Positions 27,386 to 38,656 of a DNA stretch of 46,002 nucleotides are shown here, piece after piece. How positions within the stretch are numbered: position 1 is the stretch's first letter; each line of letters opens with the position of its first letter. The notes under the pieces were generated by a model that was not told where the DNA came from, ran no database searches, and saw only the letters and a list, made by a program, of their open reading frames with translations. The translations under genes and the position numbers were made by a program. The stretch covers positions 1 to 46,002 of the forward strand of contig JAUCBJ010006290.1 in assembly GCA_032718475.1 (NCBI GenBank). The letters are read 5' to 3'. Source of the DNA: Nemertoderma westbladi (lineage: Eukaryota; Animalia; Xenacoelomorpha).

Positions 27386-28415
27386 CTACTTCTGATGTTT
27401 TCCTCCAATTTATTATTATCTAAAAAATCGAAATGAGTTCTTTTGTTCTTAATTATTTAGCATTAGCGGACGGGCGTGTAATCGTCGTTGTTTTCCTGTA
27501 CAGAAAACGCTCAGCCAGCATAATTCATCCTATACCGCTTTCCTTATTTTGTTTTATCAACAGTTAGCTAATGCGAAATAATTAGAGCTACTAGATGTTA
27601 ATAACTGGCTTAGCATAATTACATTTTGAGCTTTTAAAAAACCTTCTACAAGGTGTGCGTACAAGCTCACACAATACGACACTCTTTGTGGCCTGTTTTG
27701 CTAAACCTTGATGTAAATATAGTTGAAAAGATAAACCCTTTGTTATTTTTAATTCCCTTTATAAAACTATTGCTTTCCTCTTTCAAATTATAAAATAATA
27801 TATAACTTTTAATTGGGAAAAAATCACCTGCAATTTCCCTATTGGCTATTGAGTGTGAAATTGAGATGATTAAGATTGTACTAAATATGTTCTAGATGCC
27901 AGTAAATATTTGTTGTTTACATTTTGAATTAGAAATGCGAAATATGCCGTTCATTATTAGTTATATTACTACGTGTTTTCGTTCCATATTGAAATATATT
28001 GTTCTATTACACGTTATTGTCGCGATTTGGTCGAAAACCAATTTAAACTTTTCGGGATTTCCGGTTTCAATGCGAAGTTATAGTAGCCTTTTCCAGACAG
28101 GCGTGAAATGGTTTGTGGTATAGCTTTGCTTGCCATGAGAATCGACCCAGACTAAACTTCAAGATGGACCTCAACCAATAACCAATCTTGCAATATTTGA
28201 ACGCCTATATCTCAGCTGTTTCTCAACGAAATTCAGACATTGCTACATATTTGGAATCCTTGCAACGCAAGCTTTCTAATGATATGAAAAAATTACGACT
28301 AATCTGAAGAATAGCCACGATACGGAGGGTACGATTTCGCAAAAGACACTTTTTTAAAACGCTTATTTAAAAAAATTAAAGGCGAAATCGAAAATTCCGG
28401 CTTAATAACTTAATC

Positions 28416-28435
28416 GGGGGGGGGGGGGGGGGGGG
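28416..28435 (+). repeat. Poly-G tract (20 G)
   Basis: Direct reading. Confidence 0.9.
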
Positions 28436-29089
28436 TGGGGGATACTTTCTATATAGTCAGGTAGACAGAGGGGTCCACCGTGACTTTGGGTCACGCATTT
28501 TTATTTGCTTAAACTTTAGTCGGACCTTAGAGTAATTAAAATCCGCCGGGTGCCACTTCGGCACCTTTGGGGAACTTTTTATAAAGCACTTAACCTAAGT
28601 TTCCATAGCAACCGGCATACAAGGTTTTATTTTGAGATATCTGCGACCTTGCACCTATTGCCACAGATCTTGTTAATTATTCTGAATAAGATTTCTAGAA
28701 GATTAGTTCCCATATTAACATTATTAATGATAAATTTTGGCCTTTCGGATGTTTATTTTAAGATATGCCAACTATTTAATCTTTAGATTATTTATGTAAC
28801 TATTTATAAAAGCAAACAATTATCATCACTGGGGGGTTATTAATCACATTTAGTTTTCATTTAATTAGATGAGTTAGTTTTCTCCTTTCAAATGCAAATT
28901 TTGACGTTTATCTATCCAACGTATGCAGAAAATAGGTACAGTAGATTCAATGTGCCATCATTCTTTACTGCGTACCTATCTGGGTATCGATCCCGTATAT
29001 TCTCCATTACTGGTACCATTACGAAAGTTAATCAATCAGCTAGAAGAGTTGTATGTTTATTAAATTAATTATTTAAACGGAACATTGCT

Positions 29090-29903
29090 TTAAACATTGT
29101 ATTTATTTTTACACTTTGAAGTGGTGTAGGTGCATATTGTAGTACATGGTAGAGCGGCTATAGAGCATCCGCATCGATTGGAAGAACAGGCACTTTCGGA
29201 CTTGCAATTAAAAGATATAGTTTTAAGGATCGAAATTGGGGAAATGGACGAGACGCCATGATCCGGTATCAGTTTGTCATTGATCGCCATCCAACCAAAC
29301 TTGTTAACAACCAACAGTGGAGGTGCAGGATCATCAGCAGCTCTCCATAAAAGAACTTGCAAACGAGCCCGTTTTACATGTTGTACAGCGGCACTCTGTG
29401 GGGGAAGGTCCTTTTTTGCATCTGAAATTGGTATTGCTTTACGGGGAGCCGTTAAAATGCTTCGTGGCGGCCCAAATGAACTACAGCCGGATTTATGATA
29501 TTGGGCTGACGCAGAAGTTAGGTCTATGCCTTCCAGACGTAGTTTGATAGTTTCCTCTAAGTTATCACCATGAGTTAGAATTCGCAAATCACAAACCCGG
29601 AGCAATTCTTCCTTAACAACCTCGGTCTTGCACTGAACCACCCTCTCCCAGCGATTAGAATGCCTAGCAACTTTCTTTAGACAAACTTTACCACATATGA
29701 CACAATCGCAATCGCAGTACATCAGAACGCAATTTTTTCACAGGTGGTTCTGGTAATTTATGTGAGTTGGAAATGTGTCGTCGTCGTTTTAGTTCACGCT
29801 CTATATGTTGTTTCGAAGGATATGTAGAAATGCACTGTTTGTGAAAAATAACATTCAGTCCCGAATCGTTATTAAGTTTTTGTTGAAAAACACTGCACTT
29901 CAA
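29090..29903 (-). pseudogene. Decayed, internally deleted DNA-transposon ORF, Academ(X)-like; N-terminal region fused to the C-terminal Cys-rich finger
   Basis: Two overlapping frameshifted ORFs (29688-29903 and 29090-29722). C-terminus LPPQSAAVQHVKRARLQVLLW..FGW..L.P..CKSESACSSNRCGC...LPCTTIC is the motif set I associate with Academ XPG-tail/Cys8 proteins. N-terminal H..C.STY.S, C.ICG and AQYH..C motifs are present. The element probably extends left to ~28454. Confidence 0.7.
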
Positions 29904-30134
29904 GCTATGATGTTCTTTATGCGAATAAGTCCTCCAGTGATCTAGTGTTCCAGATGTTTTTCGTCAAAACAGACACGACTCATCCATCATTTAGCGCCGA
30001 TTAAATAACAGTAGGGTGAGTGAGGGATACTTGACTTTAGGGGAGACTTTATTTTTTTTAATAACTCAAAAACCATTGTAAATTATTTAACAATACCACA
30101 CAAAAATGTGTAAAATACATGTAGGCTACACCCG

Positions 30135-30530
30135 CGCAACAGACAGCCCACCGACCGACGGACAGACTAGATTCTATCAAATAGTAAAACTGCCTTTGGA
30201 AATGAAATCAGCGACCCCGAAAACCCCCATAAATATAATTTTAGCTCGGTGGTGTGCTTCCTTCCTTTCAGACTCTATTAACCAACCATACCCCATACAG
30301 GCAATTTTGCGCGGGAAGGTTTGAACTTCAGGCAATTATCTCTGAATGACATTTTATCAGGCGAAAAATATTACTTCTCCGCCATTTCTTAACCGTTTTT
30401 TGCTATTTTTGATTTATATAAAGGCAATTTCATAAGCTTCAATAAATTTCGGCCAGTTTTCTGGATTTCATAATATTTCTCCTTTTTTTTAATGAAAAAT
30501 TAGAAAAAACATTAACAAAATTGTAACAAA
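30135..30530. mobile_element. Dispersed non-coding repeat, Helentron-associated (HINE/DINE-1-like), copy A
   Basis: (GACA/GACC/GACG)n microsatellite followed by AAATGAAATCAGCGACCCCGAAAACCCCCATA..GCGCGGGAAGGTT..CTCCGCCATTTCTTAACCG, shared with 45177-45445. The family label is an inference. Confidence 0.55.
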
Positions 30531-30564
30531 ACTATTGTATTCATTGATATAATAAATAAATTCC

Positions 30565-31470
30565 ACTACTACTACTAGGATCGGCATGCTGCATTGCAGC
30601 TACATTTTTAAGAATGCTGTGCCGGCTTGTCGACAAAATTGCGCCGCCACAACTCCCTATCACCCATGACATTTGCTAGATCATCCGCATCTTCAAGGCC
30701 AGTGTCCTTTAAAATGCGTCTCAAGAAAGTCATGGGCTGTCCACCATGCTTATTCACTCCATGAGGCTGCCAAAGTACAAGATTATGCACTGGCTGGTCC
30801 TCACGGCGAAAGCAATGTCCTGCAAAACGGAGGCGATTTTGTTCTAGTGTCAAGCTTGGGGGAACCAATGAGATATCTCCAATGTTATATAGTGACTGGT
30901 TGGAGATGTGTGCATTGTACTTGACACAGTGAACCCGGCGTAGCATTCTTGTGAATGTGCCATCCAGAGATTTGGTGTACTCAGCAGTTAGAGCCCAGCA
31001 TGGACTCCCATAGAGGAGTACTGGAACTACTGCTGCTCTAAATAATCGGACCTTAAGTTTCCGATTAATTCTCGGTGACTTCCAAATCCTCGAAAGCCTA
31101 TTCAAGGCTGCCCATGCCTTTCCCTTACGTATTCGAAGGTCCTCACGAATCGTTCGAATGATCTTAGGTAACAGAAGTCGTCCTCATGCCCAAGCATACC
31201 ATCCTTTGAGCTTATGCTCATCTGACCAGAGATTTGCTGAGGACTTTCGATGTTAACGGTCAAAATTTTGGTCTTTCTGGAGTTAATAAAAAGACCAACA
31301 CTAGAAGCAGCATGTTCTAATGAGCCGAGGAGCCGTTGGGCTCCCTCTAGTGATTCTGAGAGTACTCCTAAGTCATCAGCAAAGTCTAGATCAGTTAGGT
31401 ACTTGGCAGGATTTCCTCGACTTCTGGAGCCAGTAGGTGGAATCATCACCCCATCATCATTATGATGATC
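30565..31470 (-). mobile_element. 5'-truncated RTE-clade non-LTR retrotransposon (RT C-terminal part, frameshifted)
   Basis: LTDLDFADDL catalytic motif, VGLFINSRKTK and FCYL in ORF 31102-31530. IWKS..KVRLFRAAVVPVLLYGS..W.L..LDGTFTRMLR..RLRFAGHCFR..DRELWR in ORF 30608-31105. Short 3' UTR ending in a (TAG)n tail at 30565-30577. Confidence 0.9.
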
Positions 31471-31839
31471 TAAATGGATATATCCCAACAGTTCCAACAC
31501 TTCAGAGTTCCATCCCACATTAGTTGACAAAGATAATTGGCTTTGCTTGCAGAGACCTAACCTAAAGAGCCATTACAAATAATATGTAGCCCATGGTTGA
31601 TGCTTACCACTGTAGGTTTTTTTGTTAGTGGTCTGTTTTGTTCATCTGTGTACGATATTCCTTGTATGTTTTAGGTTTAACGTGGTTCCAAAAATTTATT
31701 TTTTTAATGTATTATTATTATTATTATTAAACACCTCGTATAATATTTAGAGAGGGAAAAAAGCACCAAGGTTACGTATAACACTGTGAATATTTCCTAA
31801 TTAAATGTAAGGAGGAAGGAACCATTACTTTTTCTCTTT

Positions 31840-31913
31840 TTCTGGGGGGCGCCCCAAACATTCACGGGGCCCGGGGGTGCAGCCCCAAAAGTCCCGCCGT
31901 TAATACGGCCCTG
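31840..31913 (-). mobile_element. Single terminus of a hAT-like MITE
   Basis: Minus strand reads CAGGGCCGTATTAACGGCGGGACTTTTGGGGCTGCACCCCCGGGCCCC..GGGGCGCCCCCC, the typical CAGGGCCG GC-rich MITE end. No partner end was found. Confidence 0.5.
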
Positions 31914-31974
31914 ATTACACCAGAGCACTCCAACTAGTTGATTGGCACTTACACAGACCAAGCTATCAATGGAA

Positions 31975-32170
31975 TGAAACGAAATGACCGCAAACACAAA
32001 ATAAATTTTACTGGGTTTTAAAAAAGGGTTTAATTTAATTAAAAACATTAAGGGAAAGGAACAGGTTACAGTGGCGGTGTTTTCTAACCAAAACAATAAA
32101 CTATACATTATTTCACTTGCGGTCAATTTGCGCTGAAGATCATGATTTTGCTTGCGGTCAAAGTGCGCCA
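31975..32170. mobile_element. Small MITE-like element
   Basis: TGACCGCAA (~31985) is inverted with TTGCGGTCA (~32117 and ~32152). The internal core 32041-32101 is also present, inverted, at 35058-35116. Confidence 0.45.
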
Positions 32171-32401
32171 CTATCTGGGCTTCTCTCAACTTTTTTTGCA
32201 AGAAAGACCATTAACTGCGTGAAGTGTCTATTGTTTTGAAAATAATCTAGGCACGTTTCTATATCCTCCTTGGGTTGTGTTGTGACATACATAGCATTAA
32301 GACTGAGTGTGAAGGATTCACCAACTAACTAACCCAAAACTAACTAACTCGAAAACAAAATGTAATATTGTAAAGAGATATCTAAGTATTTTTGTCAAAC
32401 A

Positions 32402-32624
32402 GTCGGCCGATGCCGGAGGCGACCCGAAGGCTCCTCTTTCGTTAGCTGCTACCCGAGGGTAGGGGTGGGCGCTACTCCTATCCCAAGATTTGCTCCCAGT
32501 AATTTAACTGGTACTCATTTTATCGACCCCAGTGGATGAAAGGCGGCTGAGTGGATCCTGGTGGGGCTGAACCTACAACCACTAGATTACAGGCCCGGTG
32601 CTCAACCAACTGAGCTACCCTGCC
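32402..32624 (-). mobile_element. tRNA-derived SINE with conserved central domain and structured 3' tail
   Basis: Minus strand GGCAGGGTAGCTCAGTTGG (A box)..GGTTCAGCCCC (degenerate B box), then ACTCAGCC..TTTCATCC..GGGGTCGATAAAATGAGTACCAG, a central domain recurrent in animal SINEs (Meta-type from memory), then a GC-rich tail. Confidence 0.85.
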
Positions 32625-32745
32625 TAAAACGGATAAAAATTGAGTTAAAACAGATAAACATTGTGTTAAAACAGATAAAACATTGTGTTAAAACAGATAA
32701 ACATTGTGTTAAAACAGATAAAACATTGTGTTGAAACAGATAAAT
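32625..32745. repeat. 21-22-bp tandem repeat (TTAAAACAGATAAA(A)CATTGTG), ~5 copies
   Basis: Direct reading. Confidence 0.85.
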
Positions 32746-32857
32746 ATCAAATTAGTAGAAAGAACTAATAATAAAATACAAATATCAATTAATTCTTATG
32801 AAACTCAATGAAATGTGTAACCACCATGGTATCAGGGAGAAAGTAGCAGTGAAATCT

Positions 32858-34046
32858 AGTAACGGGTGGGACATGTCCCGCCTGTACCCCTTAAAAACAC
32901 GGTAACAGGTGGGACTTGTCCTGCCTGTACCCCTTCAAAACACGGTAACAGGTGGGACTTGTCCTGCCTGTACACACGGTAACAGGTGGGACTTGTCCTG
33001 CCTGTACCCCTTCAAAACACGGTAACAGGTGGGACTTGTCCTGCCTGTACCCCTTCAAAACACAGTAACATGTGGGACTTGTCCTGCCTGTACCCCTTCA
33101 AAACACGGTAACAGGTGGGACTTGTCCTGCCTGTACCCCTTCAAAACACGGTAACAGGTGGGACTTGTCCTGCCTGTACCCCTTCAAAACACGGTAACAG
33201 GTGGGACTTGTCCTGCCTGTACCGCTTCAAAACACGGTAACAGGTGGGACTTGTCCTGCCTGTACCCCTTCAAAACACGGTAACAGGTGGGACTTGTCCT
33301 GCCTGTACCCCTTCAAAACACGGTAACAGGTGGGACTTGTCCTGCCTGTACCCCTTCAAAACACGGTAACAGGTGGGACTTGTCCTGCCTGTACCCCTTC
33401 AAAACACAGTAACATGTGGGACTTGTCCTGTCTGTACCCCTTCAAAACACGGTAACAGGTGGGACTTGTCCTGCATGTACCCCTTCAAAACACGGTAACA
33501 GGTGGGACTTGTCCTGCCTGTACCCCTTCAAAACACGGTAACAGGTGGGACTTGTCCTGCCTGTACCCCTTCAAAACACGGTAACAGGTGGGACTTGTCC
33601 TGCCTGTACCCCTTCAAAACACGGTAACAGGTGGGACTTGTCCTGCCTGTACCCCTTCAAAACACGGTAACAGGTGGGACTTGTCCTGCCTGTACCCCTT
33701 CAAAACACAGTAACATGTGGGACTTGTCCTGTCTGTACCCCTTCAAAACACGGTAACAGGTGGGACTTGTCCTGCCTGTACCCCTTCAAAACACGGTAAC
33801 AGGTGGGACTTGTCCTGCCTGTACCCCTTCAAAACACGATAACAGGTGGGACTTGTCCTGCCTGTACCCCTTCAAAACACGGTAACAGGTGGGACTTGTC
33901 CTGCCTGTGCCCCTTCAAAACACGGTAACAGGTGGGACTTGTCCCGCCTGTTCCCCTTCAAAACACGGTAACAGGTGGGACTTGTCCCGCCTGTTCCCCT
34001 TCAAAACATGGTAACAGGGTGGGACAATTAGTAACAGGTGGGACAG
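32858..34046. repeat. 43-bp minisatellite (GGTAACAGGTGGGACTTGTCCTGCCTGTACCCCTTCAAAACAC), ~27 copies, with internal hairpin
   Basis: Period 43 (32901, 32944...). One deleted unit near 32970; degenerate end units. Confidence 0.97.
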
Positions 34047-34217
34047 GCCTTTAACGGGCTATAACATCTTGTAATATTGTATGGGAGGTTTGCCACTATC
34101 ATAGATGTAATTTACGCGTCACCAGCTTTCAGAAAATGTATAGTTTAATGAGGTTTGGAACAAAAAACTTTTTTTTGACAAAATTTGGTTAATATTTTCT
34201 CGAATGAACCATTCCAT

Positions 34218-34878
34218 GGTGTAACGTAAAGTATATAGTTTATTAGAGGGTGTAATGAAAAGTATATAGTTTATAAAGGGTGTAACATAAAGTATATATT
34301 TTATAAAGGGTGTAACGTAAAGTATATAGTTTATAGAGGGTGTAATGAAAAGTATATAGTTCATAAAGGGTGTAATGAAAAGTATATAGTTTATAAAGGG
34401 TGTAACATAAAGTATATATTTTATAAAGGGTGTAACGTAAAGTATATATTTTATAAAGGGTGTAACGTAAAGTATATATTTTATAAAGGGTGTAACGTAA
34501 AGTATATAGTTTATAGAGGGTGTAATGAAAAGTATATAGTTTATAAAGGGTGTAACGTAAAGTATATATTTTATAAAGGGTGTAACGTAAAGTATATATT
34601 TTATAAAGGGTGTAACGTAAAGTATATAGTTTATAGAGGGTGTATTGAAAAGTATATAGTTTATAAAGGGTGTAACGTAAAGTATATATTTTATAAAGGG
34701 TGTAACGTAAAGTATATATTTTATAGAGGGTGTAATGAAAATTATATAGTTTATAAAGTGTGTAACGTAAAGTATATATTTTATAGAGGGTGTAATGAAA
34801 AGTATATAGTTTACAGAGGGTGTAATGAAAAGTATATAGTTTACAGAGGGTGTAATGAAAAGTACCAAGTTTGTAAAG
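34218..34878. repeat. 30-bp AT-rich minisatellite (GGGTGTAACGTAAAGTATATATTTTATAAA / GGGTGTAATGAAAAGTATATAGTTTATAGA), ~22 copies
   Basis: Exact 30-bp register visible in 60-column lines; two interleaved variant types. Confidence 0.97.
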
Positions 34879-35157
34879 AGTGCTACGACGACAGCCGACA
34901 TCATACAACCGACACGACTACCGACAATGAATCACAGCCGACAAAATTATGATTTTTCAGGGAATTAACTTAAACCTATCTTTGTGCATTGTGCAATAAT
35001 ACGAAAAAAACATTATTAGGAACAAAAATGAAAGTGGATCGTGTGCTCTTGACTCTCGTTTACTGTTTTGGTTAGAATAACTTGCCACTGTAACCAACCC
35101 ATTCCATTAACGTTTGTAACGGTTGTCGGTTGTGGTTGTTGGCGTGGCTTTTACTCC
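34878..35157. mobile_element. Small MITE-like element with CCGACA-rich ends
   Basis: Left GAGTGCTACGACGACAGCCGACA..CAACCGACA versus right GGTTGTCGGTTGTGGTTGTTGGCGTGGC..ACTC. It shares an internal core with 32041-32101. Confidence 0.4.
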
Positions 35158-37039
35158 CTTTTATAGTATATTTTGCAAAGTTATACTGGGTGGAGCCTTC
35201 GCGCAGCACGTGAACAACTGAATGTTTATGGAGCTTCGATCAAGCAGAGTCCATATGTACTTAATCTCTACTATCCTGTTGCATAATTTATCGGGTTTAT
35301 ATTATATCTCAGTTATTGAAACTGGAAAACAAATATGGGTACCGGTACGTACGTCTATCTCAATGGTGATTTGGCGTAAGTAAAATGAGTTTGCAAACAC
35401 CTTAGTTTTGTTATCCGTCTTGACGCAATCAAAGTTCATTCCTCTTCAGGTGAAAATCGACGCAAATAACAGCTGATTACTGCCAAAAATACAACTGTAA
35501 CTGGTTCTATTGACTTTCATTTAAGTGTACGGCTCCCGTAAGCTCATGACTGGTTGGTTAATTACAGCTAACCATCAAAGTCTGCCTATTTACTATCGAT
35601 AACTATGGTGGTTTAATCTCAGCCAAGTAGCTCCTGACTTTAAGAATAATTTTTTGTGTCCTTTACCTTTACCTCTTGACCTTGCTTTATATTATATAGG
35701 CTGTAGAATTATATTATTATTATTATTATATTATTATTAATTATAATACATTATATTGGCGGGGGAGGGCGGGGGACCGCTGTGTATATTTAATATTGAA
35801 TCATTCAATCATTCTCAATGGGATGCAGACCAACATTCGAGACGTGGACTAATTGTGTTAGATTATACCTTGTACAGTTACATTCTGTAGGCAAGGCATA
35901 CCCATACAATATTGTAGGACAGGACATACATAGGAGACGGAGATTATTGAACCCCCCAAGGTCGCATTTCATCAATATGATAATCTTCTATTGTATTCAA
36001 TCAAATCTAGACGTCCCAAACGCCGGCGACTGTTAAAGTAATGGCTCCTACGCTGGCGGCCAGACCAGAACCAGAACACAATATGCGCTGTAGCAGACCG
36101 TAGGGCAGTGCAGTGTAATATGTATAATAATAGCCAAGGCCTCACTCATGCCAATGCATCGATGCCAATGCATAATAAGCGCTATTATAGGCTTTGGTAT
36201 TAGCACTCCCAGTGTGTAATTGATGAAGTTGTTACGAACGTAGAACGTCCCTGTAATAACTAGTAATTGCGAAGCGCCTTTTATACCACAACGTACATTT
36301 TGATACAACGGAATTACATATTAAGTGGCCTTCTTACAGTAGCACATTATATTGTTATTACTCAAACTCAACTCAACATGAAAGTTTAGCAAGCTATTAT
36401 TGTTTGTTACGTCGTAAATATAATATTACTGCAAGGCGTATTCATTGTTTAGTTTTTAGATTATGTAGAGTAGAATTCACCATACAATGCTAGGGATTAT
36501 CTGTAGTGCAGCTCTCAGGAGAACGGAGAATGTTAATGTAAAAATACTCTTTAGGTACAGTGAAGTATTCTTTCTGCTGTTATATGTATTTTGGCATTTA
36601 AATTAGTGAAAATGTCATTATTTTTAGTTAAACTTTCATTGTTTTTAGTGAGTCGAAAAATGTATTGACGTAAATCTTCCACTATAGGTTTATTCATCCT
36701 TCATTCAATATCGTCATGTTGTCTATACCACAATGCTTCATTCTCACTTGAATGTAACTAACATCTGTGATCTTAAACTTATATGTAATTCGTAGGAGAC
36801 AGCATTCTGTCTACCCGTATGTGCTTACTGTTTGAGTCCAGCCAGATATGACGAAAAAGTCACTCTGGATTCAGATACCATAGTGTCTCAGGATTTGTCA
36901 CGCCGATGACCTAGACAATAGACATAGCTAGTGGCTCGGTACAGTAACCAGAAGCAGCGCTGTATTATGTATTACCTCTGCATTTTCGCCCTAACCAGCA
37001 ACCCATTTCGCTAAAAAATAGTCCCAAACGTCATCCCAT

Positions 37040-37190
37040 TTGGCGATTAGCCAATGGGGGTGAGCAATTTGAGAAGGAACAGCCAATTAGGTGGAGCGCA
37101 TGATTTTTTGTATTATGCTGAAACTGCACACCAATAGGAAATGATGCTTACATGCATGTTGCATTTTCAACCAATAAGGTTAAACCAATG
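37040..37190 (+). promoter_or_regulatory. Cluster of five co-oriented CCAAT boxes (NF-Y-like)
   Basis: CCAAT at 37051, 37083, 37131, 37171 and 37185, each with a purine before and after; TTTGGCG at 37039. Confidence 0.35.
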
Positions 37191-38343
37191 AACACTTTCA
37201 TTTCTCATCTAATGGCATTACAAACAGTTGGCTCTTGGCATACATCCACCATACAATAATTAAATATATTAACGCTGGCGATGTTTTAGATATACTTTCT
37301 AATTAAATACATTTCTTTAAACAGAATCGCCACAGCGGCAATAAAAAATTTCATGTTTAACAATTATGTTTGTATAATCCGGAGGTTTCGATATAATACT
37401 TTACATCATAATCAGCGTAATACATAAGAAACAAACCGTTCACAAATTCGCAGCACATTAAACAGGCTGCGTAAAATATGACTCCAATAATACTGTAATT
37501 GTACTTTACGTAGGTATTTAATGTAACATAATGTAATTATTCTACAATTACAATATAATTTATATAAATAGGCATATTGTTTATAGTCTACTACTACAGG
37601 TTGTATGCTAATGGCTATAGAGAATATCGAATTTACAAAATCAAACCTTAGGCCTACTGTGTAGGCCTACTATACATTACTAATAATTAGGAGTGCGATT
37701 TAGCCTTGCTTTTAATCAATTTGTAAGATGAAGTGTAACAATGACTGTTTCCAGAAATCACACCACCTGCTAACTCTAGTAGTTTGCAGTTTTTTCATCT
37801 ATCAGCAACGTTGAATTCAAATTAAATTTGCCACAATGTAAAATAATAAATTACTGTTTATTGATTAATATTTTTATTTTGTTCTTTCTTGTCCGAATTC
37901 CTCAAATACACAAAGAAACAATTAAAACGCACAAAAGTTAACTTAATAACTATCTCTGATGATTCCATGTAGGCCTAACCTAGGCAAGTAAATGTCGCTA
38001 ACCAGCTGTGATTTAGCAATAATAAGGAAATGCGGAGAATAAAGTAACAAACAAGTCATCAGTTATCGCCACATATTTTCGGACCAATTATGAATTTGAA
38101 TTATTTTTTTCTATTAATATTCAGGAGCCAATTTAGATAAAAACTTTGGCGGTGGGGCGCGTGGGGGAGGGGAAGAAGGGTGTGTGTGTAATGTGTATTC
38201 CATATCAAAGTCATAATTATTGTATTTATGAATCAAGCAACAAAATACAGTAGGCTCTACGACAAATTTAAGAATACAATTAATTTGGAAAATAAATGTA
38301 TAACATTTATTTGAATTTTACAGGACATATGGCGGGGACAGAC

Positions 38344-38364
38344 GGGGGGGGGGGGGGGGGGGGG
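38344..38364 (+). repeat. Poly-G tract (21 G)
   Basis: Direct reading. Confidence 0.9.
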
Positions 38365-38431
38365 TATGAATATTAAAATAATTATTGATTACCCAAATCG
38401 ATCAATCAAACATGATGTAGTAATAACACAT

Positions 38432-38656
38432 TCGTGGGGCCTTCGCGCACACGTAAGTCCAGATGGGCGTTATCTAAACCTTTTATAAACTAAAATACAT
38501 GTGTAGGCCTACCAAGTTTGCTTCCATTTCAGCAAAGATTGGCCGACCTCTATTAGCGTTCAAACATTTTCGACAACGACGACGACGGACGGGTCCACTA
38601 TTTTAAATTTACCCCACGCTAAGGCGCACCTGGACTTACGTGGCTCGCCCCACATT
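38432..38656. mobile_element. ~220-bp non-autonomous element with inverted ends and (GAC)n core (MITE/HINE-like)
   Basis: GTGGGGC..CACGTAAGTCCAGATGGGCGTTA is inverted with TAAGGCGCACCTGGACTTACGTGGCTCGCCCCAC; internal CGACAACGACGACGACGGACG. Confidence 0.55.

Noticed and set aside
30010-30080. Possible DNA-transposon terminus CAGTAGGGTGAGTGAGGG
   Set aside because: No matching inverted end was found in the window.
32555-32624. Functional tRNA gene
   Set aside because: Degenerate T-arm and acceptor stem, and direct continuation into a SINE body.
32858-34046. CRISPR-like palindromic repeat
   Set aside because: The inter-hairpin segments are identical rather than variable spacers.
34119-34952. 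261-aa and 221-aa ORFs with 10-aa repeats
   Set aside because: They arise from a 30-bp minisatellite lacking stops on one strand; no gene context.
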